A stretch of DNA of 64,000 nucleotides, taken from the IMG/VR virus record IMGVR_UViG_3300037257_000073, one strand, 5' to 3'. The position numbers and the translations under genes were made by a program. Shown here piece after piece: positions 60,040 through 64,000 of the stretch; the first letter of the stretch is position 1, and each line of letters begins with the position of its first letter. Source of the DNA: a virus. Taxonomy: Duplodnaviria; Heunggongvirae; Uroviricota; Caudoviricetes. The notes beneath the pieces were generated by a model. It was not told the DNA's origin. It did not search any database and was given only the letters and a program-made list of their open reading frames with translations.

Positions 60040-60103
60040 AATTTAATAAGTTTAATAAATCTCCTAATCACCTTACGGCTTTCGGAGACTCAAAAGTGTG
60101 TGA

Positions 60104-60433
60104 TTAAATACCTAATTCTTTTAGTTTACGATAAACTGTTCGTTCACTTAATCCAAGTTTTTCAGCAATTACTTTATTTGTATAATAACCTAGACTCTTA
60201 AGAATTATAATATTCTCAGATTCAGTTCTAACACCTGTAATTTCAAGCTTATTTATTGAACTAATTATTGTAAAACTTGAAAGATCAACAGCATTTGTAA
60301 TAGCTAATAACTCTTTTACAGTTATATTAGATATAATCTCTAAAGTTTGTGATTTGAAATCAACCTTAATTTTTTCCATTATTACCTGGTTTATAAGATT
60401 TATAAACTTTGTGTAATGTGTGACGTGCATCAC
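60104..60433 (-). CDS. HTH DNA-binding protein (sigma region-4 / Fis-like HTH)
   Basis: C-terminal VIAEKLGLSERTVYRKLKELGI. Confidence 0.45.
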   Translation of the reverse strand: MMHVTHYTKFINLINQVIMEKIKVDFKSQTLEIISNITVKELLAITNAVDLSSFTIISSINKLEITGVRTESENIIILKSLGYYTNKVIAEKLGLSERTVYRKLKELGI

Positions 60434-60474
60434 TAGATGATGCTAAATATACAGTTTTATTCATTGTGATATGT

Positions 60475-60570
60475 GTTTTGAGTTTTACGAGAGTTTTAGA
60501 GTTTCCTCTTATTCTCTCGTTTCGTCTAGATCTCATCGGAAACCAATGTTATACTCTCTCTAGCTGAGTT
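60475..60570. promoter_or_regulatory. conserved intergenic repeat R4
   Basis: TTTTGAGTTTT + hairpin ACGAGAG..CTCTCGT + TTTCGTCTAG + hairpin CTAGA..TCTAG. Confidence 0.45.
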
Positions 60571-60638
60571 GTATGTTATCATTTTACAATGACTAATACC
60601 AACGTTCAAAATTACTTAAATGAATAATATATATTGTT

Positions 60639-60932
60639 TTATTTTTTAGAATTATGATTATAAACTTGTTGCATTTTCATAGCTTTATCAAGTTCTTTTT
60701 GAATAATTCCATAATATATTGGTTGAGTTGTAGTAAATATATATTTACCTCGTGATATATTTGTGATTAATTCACAAGATTTGAGAAGATTAAATATACT
60801 TGACGAATAAGGACATTTAGTTTCTTTTAAAATTTTTGTTAATTCAATTTTACTAAAAGAATCAATTTCTTTTGATATGATATTATTAACACATGATATA
60901 ACTAATTTAGCATTTTCTTCAGATGTTTTCAT
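60639..60932 (-). CDS. hypothetical protein
   Basis: ORF trimmed to MKTSEEN..., 8 nt downstream of partial repeat R5 (60940-60966). Confidence 0.35.
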   Translation of the reverse strand: MKTSEENAKLVISCVNNIISKEIDSFSKIELTKILKETKCPYSSSIFNLLKSCELITNISRGKYIFTTTQPIYYGIIQKELDKAMKMQQVYNHNSKK

Positions 60933-61190
60933 TATGATGTTTTTGAGTTTGAGCATCGCGTAGGACCTAAACTTATACCAATTGTATAAATCTATTGTAA
61001 CTGAATTGTTACAATATGCACTCTGTTAATAATATTACATAATCAATCCAAATATGTTTTGTCATATGTAGGGTTTTCAATGTAAAATTTGGTTGGAATG
61101 ATTATTGGGATTATTTTTGGAGTGGTTGAGAGTCGTTGTCAGTGCTCGTTTACTCTCAATCAACCCAAATATTTTTTTAAATAATCATCT

Positions 61191-61460
61191 CTATCTTAAT
61201 ACCACATTAGTTATGATATCATTTCGTGTTTGGATATAGCATTCTATGGGGAAAAATGGCTCATATTCTTCTAATCTCATCTTGTATGGATATACTTTAT
61301 GTTCATGTCCAAAGACATCTTCGAACTTATTGCATGATATCCAAGTGCCTTTCATACATTTCCATGTGCTCACAATTATACTCAATATTTGGTAATACAT
61401 AATTATACTAAGTTGAATACTATAATATATAATTACGTAGTAAAAAAAAGAGAAGTACAA
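61191..61460 (-). CDS. small membrane protein
   Basis: ORF. Confidence 0.3.
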   Translation of the reverse strand: MYFSFFYYVIIYYSIQLSIIMYYQILSIIVSTWKCMKGTWISCNKFEDVFGHEHKVYPYKMRLEEYEPFFPIECYIQTRNDIITNVVLR

Positions 61461-61492
61461 AAATGTACTTCTCTTATAACATTGTTAAAATG

Positions 61493-61990
61493 TTATTTCT
61501 TTTTGGCTGGTTTAGCCGTATCAACTGTAACATCCTCAGTATCAACTGATTCGTTAACAAGTTCAAAGATAGGCATATTTTTTGCAACCTCTTTGATTTC
61601 TTTACCCTCGGCGATTTCGTCAGCAGTACGGAAAGCATTAACAGTTACAGTTTCGTGGTCTACAACTTTGATAGTTTTACCTAACAAGTCCTTAACACTC
61701 AAATTTAAACCGTTGTCAATCACGGCACGTTTTGATTGTTCGCCACTTGTGAAATAAATTCCCATTAACGTATTAGCACCAACCACGGCAACTGAACCGT
61801 TAACAAGTGCAGAGATACCGAGCCACGGTTTTCCACCCTGTGAAATAGCTTCCATTTCAACAACGGCGTCCAATTCAATTACAGTATCTTTCGCATAAGT
61901 ATCGCCACCAATTGAGGCAAAACGAGCAGGAATTTCTGAGGTTGTTAAAATACGTTTACAACCTGGAATTTGTCTTTTTTCAATATTCAT
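61493..61990 (-). CDS. hypothetical protein
   Basis: 165 aa ORF. Confidence 0.4.
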   Translation of the reverse strand: MNIEKRQIPGCKRILTTSEIPARFASIGGDTYAKDTVIELDAVVEMEAISQGGKPWLGISALVNGSVAVVGANTLMGIYFTSGEQSKRAVIDNGLNLSVKDLLGKTIKVVDHETVTVNAFRTADEIAEGKEIKEVAKNMPIFELVNESVDTEDVTVDTAKPAKKK

Positions 61991-62199
61991 AATGATAGAG
62001 TTTTGTTTGTTAGTAGTTTACTTTCCATTCAAGACCTGCTGGGGGTAGAAGAGATGACTGTCCACCCACTCGATTCATAAAAATAAAAAAATTTTTTCAA
62101 AAAAAATTATTCAGAACTTCCTAAAAATTATTTTCAATACTTTTTATATCTTCTACCTTTTAATAAAATTAATTTTACTACGCGCGCGTTCGTATATAT

Positions 62200-62460
62200 A
62201 GTAAACTTTTGCGTTTGATACAACAAATTTTGCGTATCAATATGTAAAGTTTTACGGACAGCCACATTAAGTATAGAATTATTAAGTATATATTAAGTAT
62301 ATGGAAACCTTGTAATTCACTGTGTCACAATAACTTAACCGTTTTCATACAAACTCGAGCGTATCATTTGAAAATTCCGACGTATCATTTGAGATTTTTT
62401 GCGTATCATTTGGAGTTATCTTATTGACTATTAACCGATTACAAATGATATGCTCGAAGT
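62200..62460. promoter_or_regulatory. iteron-like direct repeats at the strand switch (candidate origin or operator)
   Basis: GTATCATTTG three times in direct orientation at ~62358, 62381, 62404 (23-bp spacing) plus an inverted copy at ~62445; related TTTTGCGT(A/T)T boxes at 62209 and 62231; AT-rich tract and CGCGCGCG upstream. Confidence 0.45.
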
Positions 62461-62530
62461 AATTGTATATCAGTGACTTAACATTTTTTAACTATGTGTA
62501 TAGTATTTTTGTCACACAAATTTCTTATCT

Positions 62531-63325
62531 TTGTGTATCAAATTTAATACGATGAGTGAAGAAAAAGAAAAGAAAACAAATAGACACGTCCAAGTGCCAA
62601 ACTCTGTCGCTAACAATGTAGACAGTGATAAGAAATCTAAATACAAAAAGCACTATACTGATGTCTTAGTTTATGGTTTTCTTCGAAAAAATATGGACGG
62701 AAAAACAATGGTGGCATTTATATCCTTAAAAATTATAGCAGACTCGATTGACATGTCGGTCGGTGGTGTATCAGCTGCAATTAAAAGATTAGAAGAAGCA
62801 GGAGATGTAACAAAAATTAAAATGGAAGGTGGACGAAATCAAAATGGATATAAATTTAATCCACATTCCGACAAGTTTGAAATGTATGATTTAAGTTTCC
62901 TCGAAAATAAAGAACTTAATAGTTTACAGAAATCATATTATATGATTATGCAACCTTATTTATATATTGATAAAGAAACTGGAATAGGTAAAACTACTTA
63001 TAGTGATATTGAAATTTCAGAAATAACAGGTATATCTAAAACAGTAGCACAAGAACGTAGACGAGAATTAGAATCACTTGGTTTTATAAACAGAAGAACA
63101 ACTACAGATATGGAAGGTAACTCTTGTGAAGCACTTGAATTTAATCTTCCTAAGTTTGGACAATTTGTTATGTGTAAAATTAAAGAACACGATGTTGCAA
63201 TAACTGATTTAAATATAAAAGTAAATCAATTAGAACAAGAACTAAATCATCTAAGAAAACAAATGAAACTTAAAGGAGAATATACTCCTTACGAAGAAAA
63301 CACTAATAACGAAATAACATTATAA
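62531..63325 (+). CDS. HTH DNA-binding protein, candidate replication initiator or regulator
   Basis: two HTH-like segments (ISLKIIADSIDMSVGGVSAAIKRLEEAG; ISEITGISKTVAQERRRELESLGFI); directly downstream of the iterons; no Trp. Confidence 0.4.
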   Translation: MCIKFNTMSEEKEKKTNRHVQVPNSVANNVDSDKKSKYKKHYTDVLVYGFLRKNMDGKTMVAFISLKIIADSIDMSVGGVSAAIKRLEEAGDVTKIKMEGGRNQNGYKFNPHSDKFEMYDLSFLENKELNSLQKSYYMIMQPYLYIDKETGIGKTTYSDIEISEITGISKTVAQERRRELESLGFINRRTTTDMEGNSCEALEFNLPKFGQFVMCKIKEHDVAITDLNIKVNQLEQELNHLRKQMKLKGEYTPYEENTNNEITL

Positions 63326-63636
63326 TGTCTGGAAAAGAATTAACAATAGAAATAATAAATAAATTAAATAATATTCAAACTAAATATAATCCAACTAATT
63401 ATAAATTTGAATTGAAAGAATATAATGATACAGATAAAAAGCAAATATATGCAAAAATAGTTCATTATAATCACGATGAAGAAATCATTGTTGTAAATGC
63501 ATTAATATATTATAAAGAGTATGATGATACTGTACATAAACTTTTATATGAGGAATTAAATTCAAGTTTATTTAATAAATTATTATTTACAAATATATTT
63601 AAAAATACTATAGCAACTATAGATTTATTAAAATAA
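63325..63636 (+). CDS. hypothetical protein
   Basis: 103 aa ORF; no Trp. Confidence 0.35.
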   Translation: MSGKELTIEIINKLNNIQTKYNPTNYKFELKEYNDTDKKQIYAKIVHYNHDEEIIVVNALIYYKEYDDTVHKLLYEELNSSLFNKLLFTNIFKNTIATIDLLK

Positions 63637-64000
63637 ATGGAAGTAATACAACACTTCGTTCGTAATGACGACCATGATGAATTATACATTATGGAAATTG
63701 AAGGGAAAGCTTATGCTAGGATGTATTGATTCCATGATGATCCAAAATCAGTTTACTTAAACTCTTTAAGTGTTGAGAATAACGAAAGAGAACAAGGACT
63801 TGGAACTAAAATGCAGGAACTAAGAGAGAAAATAGGAATAGAACTCGGAGCTACACAATCCTTTTTATGAGTTAAACGGGATAGTTGAATGTATGAATGA
63901 TATACCCGAAGAGGTTATAACGATTTCTCAGATTACACAGATGATGATAGTATGATATGAATGATTAAAATGTTAAATGATAACAATACTAAATACAAAG
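63637..64000 (+). CDS. GNAT-family N-acetyltransferase with five in-frame TGA (partial at window end)
   Basis: frame open from ATG 63637 to the window end if TGA at 63727, 63868, 63886, 63898 and 63958 code Trp; GNAT motifs REQGLGTK and EWYTRRGYNDF; all Trp are TGA, none TGG. Confidence 0.5.

Overview
AT-rich (~30% GC) window from a large, tRNA-rich bacteriophage. Almost every gene is on the minus strand, and I see no terminase, portal or capsid genes, so it reads as an early or accessory region. The strand flips to plus at about 62.5 kb, next to a set of direct repeats and an HTH gene. I place about 23 canonical tRNA genes in clusters at 7.9-20.2 kb. They include an initiator-like tRNA(CAT) carrying the C1:A72 mismatch. 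The window also holds a tmRNA, a methionyl-tRNA formyltransferase, a protein resembling the bL12 C-terminal domain, and several aberrant or truncated tRNA-like elements. There is an NAD+ salvage pair (NadV plus a NadM-Nudix protein). I count four HNH homing-endonuclease genes, three of them beside tRNAs, plus AAA+ ATPases (one CobS/MoxR-like), a GspS-like ATP-grasp protein and an OmpA-like beta-barrel with lipoproteins, which points to a diderm host. Two tandem arrays of diverged small paralogs and two giant paralogous multi-repeat proteins are present. 

Main hunt results:
- In-frame TGA sits at conserved Trp positions in HNH genes, a Cys-rich gene and a plus-strand GNAT gene in which all five Trp are TGA. 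TGA also ends Fmt and NadM-Nudix, and every Trp in the giant ORFs is TGG. I read this as gene-specific TGA-to-Trp recoding; no tRNA(UCA) is visible in the window.
- A ~950 nt ORF-free, GC-enriched region contains a tRNA-Arg and resembles GOLLD/ROOL-type large phage ncRNAs.
- A family of five intergenic repeats upstream of small genes carries two hairpins with compensatory changes.
- Three direct repeats of CGTATCATTTG, 23 bp apart, lie beside an initiator-like HTH gene at the strand switch. 

tRNA coordinates were placed by hand and are approximate to +/-2 nt.
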